Source: Camelus dromedarius | Taxonomy: Eukaryota | NCBI RefSeq assembly: GCF_036321535.1 | Contig: NC_087447.1 | Span: 50,408,001 to 50,472,000, forward strand | Direction: 5' to 3' | Length of the DNA stretch: 64,000 nucleotides | Shown: positions 1-12,099 of the stretch, in pieces | Position numbering within the stretch: position 1 is the first letter of the stretch | Layout of the letters: each line of letters opens with the position of its first letter | The notes under the pieces: generated by a model | Database searches by the model: none | The model's input: the letters and a program-made list of their open reading frames with translations, nothing else | Told to the model about the DNA's origin: nothing | Translations under genes and position numbers: made by a program

Positions 1-1749
1 AAACCCAAGCATCCTCTGGAATCTTGATTGCCTCACCAGAATCCCAGCGGGAACTGGCTCCCATGCCAAGTTCCAGAGCGGCTCTGCTGGGATTTCCTAT
101 GGTCCTGCTGAGATCCTGGTGGTCTGTGCAGAACCCCTGGGCCCTGCTGAAGTAAACAACGTGGATATTCTGTGGTTGGGATGTTTCATTCCAGTTGACA
201 AGACTTGTGGGCTGAGTGCTCAAGCTAAGACAAAGCAGAGAAACCTGAACCAGATGGATGAGGAGAGGGAAGCCTTCTCGTATGGGAGGCTGACTCCCCA
301 CTGCGCCCCATCCCACTGGCAGCAGCCAGAGAAGCCCCCTCAGGAGTCCACACCTGCCCCAGGGCTGACCGGCTTTGTGGGCAAGGGCGGGTGGGTGTGG
401 AGGCCCACACCTCCAGTAGCTCAGGGGTCAGAGCAAGTTCTCCCTACCAGATTGATCTTACTCCCCTGGATGGTGCGTCGTAGGCTGAGAGGGCCCTAGA
501 GATCGAGTCATAGAGCCTCAACGTCTCACAAGCAGAGAAACTGAGGGCCAGACAGGGGAGCAACCCCCTAAAATCACACAGCAAGCTGAGACTAGAACGT
601 GCATCTTCCAACCATCAGTCAGGGGTTTTGAACCAGGCAGAAGTCACAGGGCAGGCAGGCCTGGGGGAGCAGGGGCGGAGAGCACTAAGGCAGAACCACT
701 TCCCCTGAGCCCATCGGAGGGCATCGGAGGACCTCCACCACCATCAAATGCAGGTGGTATTTGAACTCTTAGTAGACTGACTGGATTTCAACTGACAAGG
801 AAGATATTCCTGGGGGAGGGGACGGCGGGAGGCTGGGTTAAGACAGTTTCCGACATGGGGACCTATGAGGAACCTCATGGCTAGTGTCCAGGTTGGGTGT
901 GCAGGGGTGAGGGGTGAGTGGTGGGTCTCAAGGCCTTGTCTTGGCCATCAGCACTTAGCCTTATGCCCAGTGGGAGAATTAGGGATCAAGGACTTAATGC
1001 TCGGAAGGGATCAGGGAACACAGGAGGGGGCGACCTGGAAGCCCCTCAGCCCCACCCTACCCTGGTTCTCAGTTCTCTCTTGGCCCTTGCTCCCCTCCCC
1101 GACCCAAGGCAGCACTGTCCCTACAGGTGGCCGCCTCTCCGTGCCAAGTGCTAGTGCTATTTTGGGATGCAGAACCTGCCAGTTGAGTGAGGCCTGGGCT
1201 CGGGGCCCCACCTCCCGCAGGGATGCTGAAGGTCTGGGAAGCAGGAGCAGGGCCTGGGAAAACAGGCCATCAAAGCTGCCTGGGCAATTCCCTCCGGCCG
1301 TGGAGAGGAGAGGGCTGCAGGGTCACAGCGGACAGCTAAATATAGGGACACTCGGAGGTGGAAGTGGTTCCTGCCGGCTGCAGGGGGCCATCCAGTTCCT
1401 TCTCCCAGGAGTGGGGAGGCGGCTCTCGGGAACAGGGTTTATGAGACAGCTCTGTGAGCCAGGCCCAGCCTGTGGTGGACTCGGGGGCTTGGAGGACCAC
1501 AGTCTGGATCTCAGTTAGATCTTCATCTATGTGGGGGTTGTGGCATTGGTTATCCACCACCCCGCAGTCTTATTGGTTTATTCCAACCTTATCTAATGGG
1601 ATCCTGATCTGGGCTAGGACTTGTGTTTGGACCTCAGGCTCAGAAGTCCCCGCTTAGGAACAGATACTTTCCTGGGGAGCTAAATTTATAAATGGCCAAC
1701 AATCTGTGGGTAAATAGAATGAGGACTGACGCTAGAACATCATCATCTT

Positions 1750-1880
1750 CCCCACTAGAATGCGAGCTCCCAGAGGGAGGGATTTTTGTCTGTTTGGTCT
1801 GCTGCTATATACCCAGCAGCCCCTAGATCAGTGCCTGGTATACAGTAGGTGCTCAATAAATTGAATAGCTGAATGAATGA
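1750..1880 (+). mobile_element. L2 3' end fragment
   Basis: ctagaatgcgagctcc...cagtaggtgctcaataaa...gaatgaatga, a typical L2 3' tail. Confidence 0.7.
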
Positions 1881-1970
1881 TTCTGCCCAGTGAATCAAAA
1901 CAAGCTTTATGGTGGACGGTGGGGGGTGGTGGGGGGCGGAGCTGTGGCTCTTGAAGAAAGGACAGAACTT

Positions 1971-2139
1971 AAAAAAAATTTTTTTTGACGTGTAGTTGAT
2001 TTACAATGTTAGTTTCAGGTGTACAGCAAAGTGATTCAGTCATACATATAAATACATATACTTTTTTTCTTTTCAGACTCGTTTACATTTTATGTTATTA
2101 CAAGAAATTGAACATAGTTCCCTGTGCTATTCAGTAGGT
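1971..2139 (-). mobile_element. 5'-truncated L1 3'UTR fragment (laurasiatherian/artiodactyl type)
   Basis: T-run followed by tagttgatttacaatgttagtttcaggtgtacagcaaagtgattcag...atagttccctgtgctat. Degenerate TSD aaggacagaactt (1958-1970) / aaggatagactt (2140-2151). Confidence 0.8.
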
Positions 2140-2589
2140 AAGGATAGACTTTTGAGCCAGTCCATCCGGGGTGGGTATAACAGGCAAAAAGATGTGCACT
2201 GGGAAGACAAAAATGTGTGATGTACTCAGGATTTTTTTTATGTGGGAGCCAAGGTGGGAAGGAAACTGAAACAGGTCCTGTGGGGCTGTGAACATGGTCA
2301 AGGATCCTGTTGTGCAACCAGCAGTGTCCAACATGGTGTGTACAAGGTGACCCATTCAAGTAGACAGAACATTCTAGAACTTTTATTTGCTTTTATTTTT
2401 ACCTTGAAAAAAAAGGAAGAAAAATCTAAGTGCTACTATATGAAACAAATAGACTGGCATCGGTGCCTTCACGTTGTCCACACCATGGTAGGTAACACAT
2501 CCCATTGCCCAGGTCTCCTGAGGAAAGTTGTGTGGGGTCCCTGGTGTGGCTTTGGCTGACAATGGTGCCCCCACCTCCCGTGATACCTT

Positions 2590-3710
2590 CAGTTAACCTG
2601 CTACAGGATTCATCCAGACATTCAATTTTATAAAAACAAAGACTTTAAGTCATAGTATCTTTACAAAATATATTATTAACAGAGACCAACAAAGACCAAG
2701 GCCACAAAAATCTTTTGTACCATACAGAAATTTGCTGGTTGCCTCATAGCAAAAATAGTTAAAAGAGTTACCACCTTAAAGATGAGTTTTGCCTTTTTCT
2801 TTTACAAAAAGACAGATGATCCAAATGTGCTGGCTCTTTCTGTGACAACAAGGGTACGCTCTCCAACAGATGCTAAAATAAATAAATAGATGATAACAGA
2901 GGCAAAGATGCTGTTTTAAGATTAAGAAAGTAACCACTTTTGGAAAGAAACTCATACTACAGAGAGAGAACTTTGCAGGATATTTTGGGATGATTTTGTT
3001 GCCATAGTGTTTCTCAGAGCATTGTCTGTTGCATCTATGCATTTAAAAGCAGAGAAATAAATTTTTATAACCTATTTTAAAATCTTCTAAGAGTCTCAGT
3101 GGGCTTTGAACTCCTTTGTCAAAAATATTTTTAAAATAACACCTTCTGATTAATTTCCAACAACAACTGATTGACATCAGTTAAACTAAATTGCAACAAA
3201 AATCTCTGCACAGAATTAAAAAAGACACCATGTGATTCAGTAAGCCCAGCCAGGAACACTCTTCTTCCATGTTGCAGGAACACTCTTCTTCCATAACTCA
3301 CTCTTTGTGAGTTATGTATAGTTTTCAACTACAAACAGGCATTAAATATAAATGGAGTTTAGTACCAGGTTCTCAAATGAGTGCACCACTTTATTCAACA
3401 AAGATTTTATTAAAAAGGAAACACACAATCACAATTTTTAGTAATAATACATTTAGTCAGAGAAAGAAGCTTTTTGAATTCCATTAAATAAATTCCATTA
3501 AATAAAAAGAAATAAAGAAATAAAATAAAAAGAAAACAAAACATAAAATAATATGGTTGATTTACTCTCTTATTCTTTTTTCAGTTTCTATTTTTTGGTA
3601 TGTATTTTATAATTCATTCAATTTGTTTGTACAGTGATTATATATATAATTTACAAATAAATGCACATTTTGGTTAGATCACATGAACTTTGCTTTCACT
3701 GATGGGACGG
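2590..3710 (+). mobile_element. Decayed hAT-Charlie DNA transposon with transposase remnants
   Basis: 2703-2753 translates to HKNLLYHTEICWLPHSK (compare the Charlie/ZBED motif LLxHTEVRWLSRGK), followed by frameshifted remnants resembling KVTxFxKKL and LLP...LCE..FS. AT-rich 3' part. Many stops and frameshifts. Confidence 0.75.
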
Positions 3711-4751
3711 TGAGGTTCATCTGTGGCCAAGAGTGATGGGGAAGCTAGGGAGGGATCCTGGAGGAAAGGGCTGGATGCATTGAGGCCACTTTGGGAACAT
3801 GAAGCCCAGAGTCTAGCCAGGAGGCTGGGCTGTGATCCAGACTGGGCTCAAGAGAGAGCCTGAGTTGAGTCTGGGGCTGAAGACAGGGTGCAGTAGGGAG
3901 GGGAGAATGCCTGTGGTGATGGATGGGATACAGGGGTGAGAAAGCTCCAGAGGCACCCATGCTGCTGCCTGGGACCCTGGTCCAGGTGATGAAGTGACCA
4001 TGTGGGGTCCCTGCTAGAGAAATCAGAAGACCAAGGCCCTGGGAAAAAGAGAGAGAAGCCAAGGACTCCATTTCCTCTCTGCTCTCCCTGCAGGCTGAGC
4101 CAGCCCCAAAGGCCCAGACAGGGCCTCCTCCTGCCTAATTGTCCTGCATAGCCCAGCTAAGCCGGGGGGTGCTGCACCATAAGTGCTATGCCAGCAACCC
4201 CAGGTCCCAGGCCACCAGGTCTGGAGGTCGCCCTGGCAACAGGCTCTGTTGTGATGCTACACAGAACCAGGGCGCTGTTAGTCAGAGCCTGCAGGAAGGT
4301 CCCCTCTGGCTCTGGAAGGCCTGGCAGGCCAAATCTGGACAGGCCTGGGAGTGTTCCAACAACTAACCATTGTCTGGTCTGGTGCTGGCTGCCCGGCCAG
4401 GGAAAGAACAGCTGGCCATAGGGGAGAGCTCGGTCCAGCAGGGATTGGAATTCAAAAATCAGTCTGTCCACTCACACACTGTGCCCAGATAGCAGGAGAA
4501 TCAGGCCTTACCTTTAATGTGGGGGAGGAGGGGCCCTGTCTATCAAGGGAGATGGGGTATCAGAGGTGTCACCAGCACAGCTAGGAAGCATCCATCCGAA
4601 TACGCCTCACCCCTGAAGCAGGCCCCTTGGGAGGCTGCTGCACTTATGACGGCGGTGCGGCTGGGATGCTCACACTTCAGGACGCCTGGTGGGGACTGCT
4701 TCAGAGCCGCAGGGGAACGGGACTCAGTTCAGACCTGGGCTGGTCTATTCT

Positions 4752-5004
4752 TTTTTTTTTTCTTTAATTTTATTTTTAATTGAAATATAGTCAGTTTACA
4801 ATGTTACATCAATTTCCTGTGTGCAGCGTAATATTTCAGTCATACATATACATTCATATATTTGTTTTCATATTCTTTTTCATAATAGGTTACCACAAGA
4901 TATTGAATATAGTTCCCTGTGCTATACAGTAGAAACTTGTTTATCTTTTTTATACACAGTAGTTAGTATCTGTAAATCTCGAACTCCCAATTTATCCCTT
5001 CCCA
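4752..5004 (-). mobile_element. 5'-truncated L1 3' end with poly(A) tail and 17-bp TSD
   Basis: T-rich tail, then ttgaaatatagtcagtttacaatg...atagttccctgtgctatacagtag. TSD ctgggctggtcta(t/g)tct at 4735-4751 and 5005-5021. Confidence 0.9.
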
Positions 5005-8000
5005 CTGGGCTGGTCTAGTCTAATCCAGCCTGGGCGACACAAGCCGTTTTTTCCTGGACCTCAGTCTCCCCATGGTACGCCGGCAGATTGCCCAGGAGAC
5101 CTGCCCCCATCTCTCTGCTCAGAGTCCACCTCCCTTATCTGGCCCCTGCAAGACCCCCTCCATCCACACCAAGCTTTGTCCACCCCATTGGGGTCTCACT
5201 GCCACCTTACTGTGCCCGCCTAAGGCACGCTGTTCCAGGGCTTTCCAGTTTGCTGCTCCTGCTGCAGGGCCTGTGAGGAAAGCAATGAGAGACCCTGGGC
5301 CCAGCGATACCCCCTTAACCCCTCCCAAGACTGGGGGAACCCACTGCATTACTGTCCCCAGGCAGAGCTCTCTTCCCCACTGTGCCCAGTCTCCCTGCCC
5401 CCACAACACACACAGACACCCTGGGGGCACAATCACCTAATGACTGGCCTCAGTGGAGCCACTTCCCTCCCCAGTCTCAGTTTCCTTGGCTGTGGAAAGA
5501 GGGTAGTGAGAGTGACCTCACAGGGAGGCCAGCCTCAGCTAAGAGAGCGCCCATGCTTCTGATCACATTTAAGGAATTGTTATTTTTATTATTAGCGTGG
5601 GCGTCTCTTGTTGGCTTTCTGGGCTGTTTGATGAATAACTCAGGCATGGGTCGAACCTCACTTCCCTTGACCCTCCTGTGGGTCGAGAGGCTGCAGGGGT
5701 GGCGGGTGGGAAGCCACGCCCTCCAGGAACCTGCCTGTCAACATGCATGTCAGGAAGCTGTGTCAACAGCACAGCAAACCTGAATCACTCAGCCCTCCCT
5801 GTCCCTTGGGAGCTCTGAGAATAGATCCAGGAACTCTTCCCAGAAGCAGCCCAGAGCCCCAGTTGGAACCCGCCTCTGCAGGTGACTCGGAGCCTGTCAC
5901 CCGAGCTCCCGAAGCATTCTCATCCCCACCGTCCTCGGCATCTTCCCTCTCTGAGTCTCACATCCCAGTTGTAACCATTTTTGTGGGCCCTGTGGTTTCC
6001 TGCTGCCCTGCTCTTCTTACTCACAAGCTATTCCCTCTACCTCGACTGCCTTCTTCTTTCTTCAGAGCCACCACCTCCAGGAAGTGTACCCAGGTTTCTC
6101 CCCACCCCCAAGGGATCTTTTCCTCAGCACCTTGTAGGTGCCACTTTAAAGGACCCCTGTGGAGCTACAACTCAGCAGGTGCAGCAGGAGCAGGGGCTGG
6201 ACCCTTCACACACAGTATCTCATCTTCCTCTATTTTACAAATGAGGAAACTGAGGCTTAGCAGGTTGAATAACTTGCACTGGATAACGTGCAGAGCTAGG
6301 CTCCAAAGCCAGGTGACCAGCAGTGGGCTGTCAACGCACATTCCTATTTCCTGACCCTGCTTGTCTTCACCAGACAAATGAACGAAATGTCCTGAAGGAA
6401 ATCTGAGTTTTAAAAAACTAAAATTTAACCCAAAGTGACTCTCCAATCAACCAGTGACTCTCCCAGATGCATTCCTCGAAACTACTAGAATTATAAACCT
6501 CTTTTTTACAGTAGAGATTTGATTCCTAAAACAAAACATTCTCAGCAAATTCAAAGGTCTGGAGGGTGGGGATCCGGGAGTCAGTTGTCTCCTCCTTATA
6601 AGCCTGGGTCTGCCTCCTCACAGGGACTCCAGGCAACTCCTGTGCGGCCCAGCAGCCCAGCTTCCCTGGCACCACGGACAGTAATGTCGATGTTCATGCC
6701 AGGCTAAGGGGTCTTTGCCTCATTTTATGCTCACAACGACCCAGCTGTGTGGCTACCGCGGTCCTCATGTCACGGGTTGGGGGGAGGCTGAAGCACAGAG
6801 AGGTTGGCTGTAACCTTGACAGATCGGCCTAGCCCTTACATTCATGTCCATACCTGACCAAGTGGGGGCCTCCCCTCCCTGTATTTCCCAGCCCAGTGCC
6901 TCCCACTGTGGCCACGGGACCTCTGCCTAGGGGCAGCATTAGGTCTCTTGCCTGAGGATGTGCTTTGAGAGCCTCTCTGGCAGACACAGAGCTTGGCTGA
7001 CCCCCAATACCTCCTGGTGTGGTCCTGCCCCTGCAGTAATGTGGACAGTGATGCCCCTTTGGGTACTGGAGGCAGCTAGTGAAGAAAGAGTCCAGACTTG
7101 GAGTCAAGAGCCTGGGGTTCGAATCTTTGCTCAGCTGCTTATTTGCTGTGCCATCACTCACCTCCCTAAAGCCTTCGAGGGATTGTCTCCCAGGTGAAAT
7201 GAGGGTGTGGAGGTGACTTGAGCAGAAGCATAGTGGGCTTCTCTGCAGGTGAGCTGGTTCTGAGATGGGGTGGAGGGACAGGTAGGAAGAAGCTGGGCCA
7301 AGAGACCAGGCCATCACGGATCTGCGTTGGGAAGCCAAGTGGGGAGGGAAGGAGAGTAAGAGAGTGGTACGTGCTTGTCTGTGCTCCCGCAACTTCGGGG
7401 CACATTGCTCCCCTCCGCGGGTAGAATGAAGGAAGAGCTTTCTCCTTTGGAATGTACCCCTCCACCTCCTCCATGCCGCAGCACACAGACCTCCAGCATT
7501 TGGGCTGAATTAAGAGCGTCAGACATCAGCTGCCTCTGAATCACAGGCTGCTCGAGCCTGGGGAGAACACAGGATCACATCCCGGAGGAGGATTTTCACA
7601 CTGTGTCCGGCAGACTCTGGGGGGTCTCGGGGGGTGCCTAAGAGGAGAGGGGCTCTGGGCCCCACTCTGGCCCCTCAAACAGCAGCTCCCTTTATCTGAG
7701 TTACGTATTGGCTTCCTCATATTTCAAGTGAAGAGACAGTTCTGCATCCAAATAGAGAAAGGGAGTAAACCACTAATGTATCCAAGGGTCTGATCTTGGA
7801 GTTCTGAAGTCACACAGCCAGACAGCACGAGGGTGGGATTAGAATTCTGTCTCCCAGGCTCATTCACTCATGCACGCAGCCTTTCATTCACTAATTAATT
7901 CAACAAGAGGGTATTGAGTGCCCTTCTCTCTGCCCTCCCAGTGCTGACCATGAGATTTCATGGAAGCCAAAATAGACAGGATTCTTATCCTCAAGGAGTT

Positions 8001-8029
8001 TAAAGTCTAAGGAGATGACACTGATTAAT

Positions 8030-8245
8030 AAGAGCTCATACATTCAACCTTATCACCAGTTGCCCCGTAACTTTACACATATCAACTCTCATGACAACTC
8101 TATGAGGTAAGCAAATCTCCTTTTTACAGATGAGGAAACTGAAGTATGGAGAGGTGAAACAATATACCAGGTAGCTAGGAAGTGGCAGATTTGAGATCTG
8201 AACCTCAGCTGCCTGACTACAGAGTGTGTGCTCATGACCACTATA
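8030..8245 (-). mobile_element. MIR SINE
   Basis: Core ttttacagatgaggaaactgaag...gatctgaacctcag. Many further MIR fragments occur across the window (e.g. ~6200, 7090, 14800, 38050, 52260, 56680, 57200). Confidence 0.75.
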
Positions 8246-8394
8246 TTATACAGATAAATATAATGTATAAACTACAGTGATCTCTCTGTGTTTTGTATAT
8301 ATACAGGGAAACTGGCTAAGCTGAGGTTGGGTGGGAAGGGGTGTCGGCAAAGGCTTCTCTCAGGAAGGGATATTTAAGATGAAGGATTACATTA

Positions 8395-9670
8395 ACAGGC
8401 AATTGATTTTTGACAATGGTGCCAAGACCACTGCATGAGAGAAAGAATTGTCTTCTTAACAAATGGTGCTGGGACAACTGGATATCCTCATGCAAATGAA
8501 TTTGGTCCCCTACCTCACACCACACACAAAAATGAACTCAAAATGGATCAAAGACCTAAATGTAAAAACTAAAGCTATAAAACTCGTAGAAGAAAAGATA
8601 GTTGTAAATTTTTGTGACCTTGGATTAGGCAGGGATTTCTTGGACACCAAAAGCATAAGCAACTAAAAAAATAATGAGAAACATTGGATATCATCAAAAT
8701 TAAAAACTTTTATGCTTCAAAGAACATTGTCAAGAATAGGAAAAAATTTTGCAAATCCTATATCTGATAAGGGACTTGTATCTAGAATATGTAAAGAATT
8801 CTAACAACTCAATTATAAAAAGACAAATAATCCAACTAAAAATGGGCAAAGGATCTGGATAGACATTTCTCCAAGGAAGATACACAAATGGCCAATAAGC
8901 ACATCAGAGAAAAGCCACGTCAGATACCACATCACATCCATTACAATGGCTTTACATATAAAATTTACATTTTATATATAATATATACGACAAAAAGACA
9001 ATAAAAAGCACTGATGAGGATATAGAGGAATGGGAAATTGATGCAGCTTCTGTGGAAAATAGTCTGGCAGTTCCTCAAAAGTTTAAATATAAAGTTACTA
9101 TGTGATTCAGCATTCTACTCCTAGGAATATATGCAAAAGAAATGAAAACATATGTCCACACAAAAATTAGGACGTGAATGGTCATAGCAGTATTATTCAT
9201 AACAGCAAAAAAGTGAAACAACCCAAATGTCCGTGAACTGATGAATATATAAGTAAAATGTGGTATCCTCCATGTGGTGCAATATTGTTCAGCAATAAAA
9301 GGAATGAAGTATTAATATATGCTACAACAGGGAAGAATCTTGAAAACATTATGCTAAGTGAAAGAAGCCAGTCTCAAAAGACCACATGCTGTATGATTCC
9401 ACTTATGTAAAATGTCCAGAAGAGGCAAATCCATAGATACAGAAATCAGATTAGTGGTTGCCAATTTTGGGGGAAGGGGGACTAATGACTAATGAGTACA
9501 GGGTTTTTGAGGTGGTGGTGGTGGTGGTGGGGTGATGCAAATGTTCCAAATTGGTTGTGGTGATGGTTATCTACATCTGTGGATATACTAAAAACCATTG
9601 AATTATATACTTTAAATAGGTGAACTGTATGACACATGAATTATATCTCAATAAAGCTGCTATTTAAAAA
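8395..9670 (+). mobile_element. L1 (L1MB-like) ORF2 3' part and 3'UTR, inserted in an L2 remnant
   Basis: aacaaatggtgctgggacaactggata...aaatggatcaaagacctaaatg (ORF2 remnant PYLTPHTKMNSKWIKDLNVK), ending gaattatatctcaataaagctgctatttaaaaa. Confidence 0.9.
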
Positions 9671-12033
9671 GGATGGAAGGATGAAGAGTTATTAACTATG
9701 GACATGGAAGTGACTGGGGCTTGGACTATGCCTTCTAGGCTAAGAGAACTGCATGTGCAAAGGCCCTATGGCTGGGAGCCTGGTATGTTAAAGAAAGCAA
9801 AGAAAACCGTGTGGCGGGAGCTCATAGGACAGAGGAGGGAGAGAGGAGAGAAGAGGCTGGAGGTCCAGGCAGCCCAGTGCCTTGAGGGCCATGTCAAGGT
9901 CTCAGGTTCACATGGAGGCAGAGCTAGGAGGGCGAGGCCCTCACATGCTGCTCCGCAGGCTGCCTTGCCCTTCCCCTCTTCCTGACCTCTCTAGTTACCC
10001 TAACCCTAGGATAGGATGTGTGTTCTGGAGAAACTTTGGGAATCATCAGAATCAGAAGTCTCTTAGGAAGCCAGGCTTTGTGGCGGAGCCAAGGTTTAAT
10101 TCCCAGCTCTGCTGCTTGCTGGGTGACTCTGGGCAGGTTACTTTCTCTCTCCCAGAGCCCCAGTTTCTGCCTTTGAACAGTAACGGCTCGCCAGGCCCTA
10201 CCTTCACAGGGGCCACTGCGGTGGCAGCTGCGGCGGCGGTGGGGAGGCAGGAGGGGGGCAGGCGTGTGATGACGTCCAGCACTTATAAAGAAAGTTGAAA
10301 AACCCAGACGAAGGTCATTATCTATCTGCCGCCAGCTGCCGCCTTTCTGAATTCCAGGGCCCGCTGAGGGCCGCAGCGCTGCCGCACCCCCACCCTGGAA
10401 TCGATGGGGTTTTATTGAGGAGCTGGCTCTAATCCTGAGATTGGATGGAAAGCCTTCCGGCCTGCAGGCGGCTCCTCCCCAGCTCCAGGGCGCTCAGGGG
10501 GGTGAGAGAGTGGGAGAGCTGGGAGCAGACAGGCTGTGTCCGTGTCCTAGGAGCTGACTAACAGAGGGCAGGGGGGCAGGCTGCATGGCCGGTGAAGCAG
10601 GGCTGAGCGTGGACTCCTCCGAGAGGAGCAACGTCTGGGGCCTTGGCAGCTGGAATCTGTTTGCCTGCTCTTTGAACAAACACTGAGGCCTTCTGTGCAA
10701 CGTTAGAGATCATTTCAGCTTAGCCCAGGCTCTGGATTAGAGGAGGCAGCTGAGGCCCAGAGTTGGGGCAGCCTTACATAAAGCCGCACAGTCAATAAGG
10801 GGCAGAGGAAAACAAAGACGCTGGGAAAAGTCAGAAAGGCAAGGGGCTTGGAGGTATTCTGGTCCAACCCTCGCACTATACACACAGAGCAGCAGCCCAT
10901 ACAGCTCGGGTCATCTACAGTCATAGGCACAGGCCAGCTGCAGGCAGAGAGATGGGCTGAGGGACCCTCGCTGCCCCTGAGGATTCTGTTGTCCTGACCC
11001 CCGAGACTTCCTCTCCGGACCCTCAAGAGGAAGATGCTTTGGGCATCTTCTCAACATCCCACTCCTTGTTCTAGTCACCCCATCCTACATTCCTTTGTAG
11101 TGGCTTTTCCCTCCCCCCTCTCCACCCTCTGCCTCCGATTCTGATGCCTGACCTGGAGCCTACATTCCCAGGGTCGGGGCTCAGCCCAGGATCCAGCCAC
11201 CATACAACTGTGTTTAGGCATCCCAGACAGAACCTTTCACAGGCCCTGGTTCTAATCCCCACCCTCTTGTCTCTGTCAGTGATGGACACCACCGTCCACA
11301 CAAGTGCCCAAGCCACCCAGAACCCTCAGGTCTCCTGCCTCCCCCTCCTTCCCCTGACAAGCTCTCGTGTTCCAGGGCCATCCCTTCACCTCTGAAATAG
11401 ACCCTCCCTACCCGCTGCCTTTGCCTGGGGTCAGGCCTCATCTTTACCTGCACCCCCTGTCTTGCATCCTGGTGGCCTCCTGGCTCCCACCCTCTCCCCA
11501 CTCCAGTCTAATCTCCCCATGGGAGCCAGAGACACCTTTTGGATATGCAGGTCACACCCCTCCCCTCCTCTTTTCCAAACCCTCCCGAGGCTCCCCAGCA
11601 CCCTCAGGAATAAAACCAAACCAACCTCCTCAGTCTGCGGTTCAGGCCCTTCCTCATGCTCCCCTGGCGAGCCCCCTGCGCTCTGGCCCACCCATGCACG
11701 TGACAGCCTCCTGGGCTCCCCATTTCAGGCTTTGGTCCCAGCTCTGCCTGCCCAAGGCTCTTTCCTCCTTCCCCCTCTGGTTTGCCCGGCAAACACCACC
11801 CATTCTTCAAGGACCATGACATCTCTCAAAGATTTCCCCACAAGGTGGTCCAGGCCCCTCCCTCACTCTATGCCCCCTCCCCCACTATACTCTGTACAGA
11901 CCTTGATCTAAGCCCCGCTGACACCCAGCGTACAGCCGCCTGCCCAGCCCAGGAACCCCTCTGCCAGATCATGCTGGGCTCAGGGAAAAGCATGGAAGGC
12001 AGGCAGGGAAGGAGGAAAAAGAAGGAATTTATT

Positions 12034-12099
12034 TAATCCCCAGTACCTTCTCTAAAAATAAGTAAGTAAACCTAATTACCTCCCCCAAATAAAAAAAAA
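12034..12099 (+). mobile_element. 5'-truncated camelid Vic-1-type SINE
   Basis: aatccccagtacc...aaaaataagtaagtaaacctaattacctccccc-A tail, sharing the 3' half of the element at 23784-23900. Confidence 0.7.

Noticed and set aside
865..1518. 217-aa ORF and similar 150-205 aa ORFs (5743-6354, 29869-30486, 39457-40065)
   Set aside because: Low-information Pro/Gly/Ser-rich translations with no domain or exon support, some overlapping repeats; expected by chance in GC-rich mammalian DNA.
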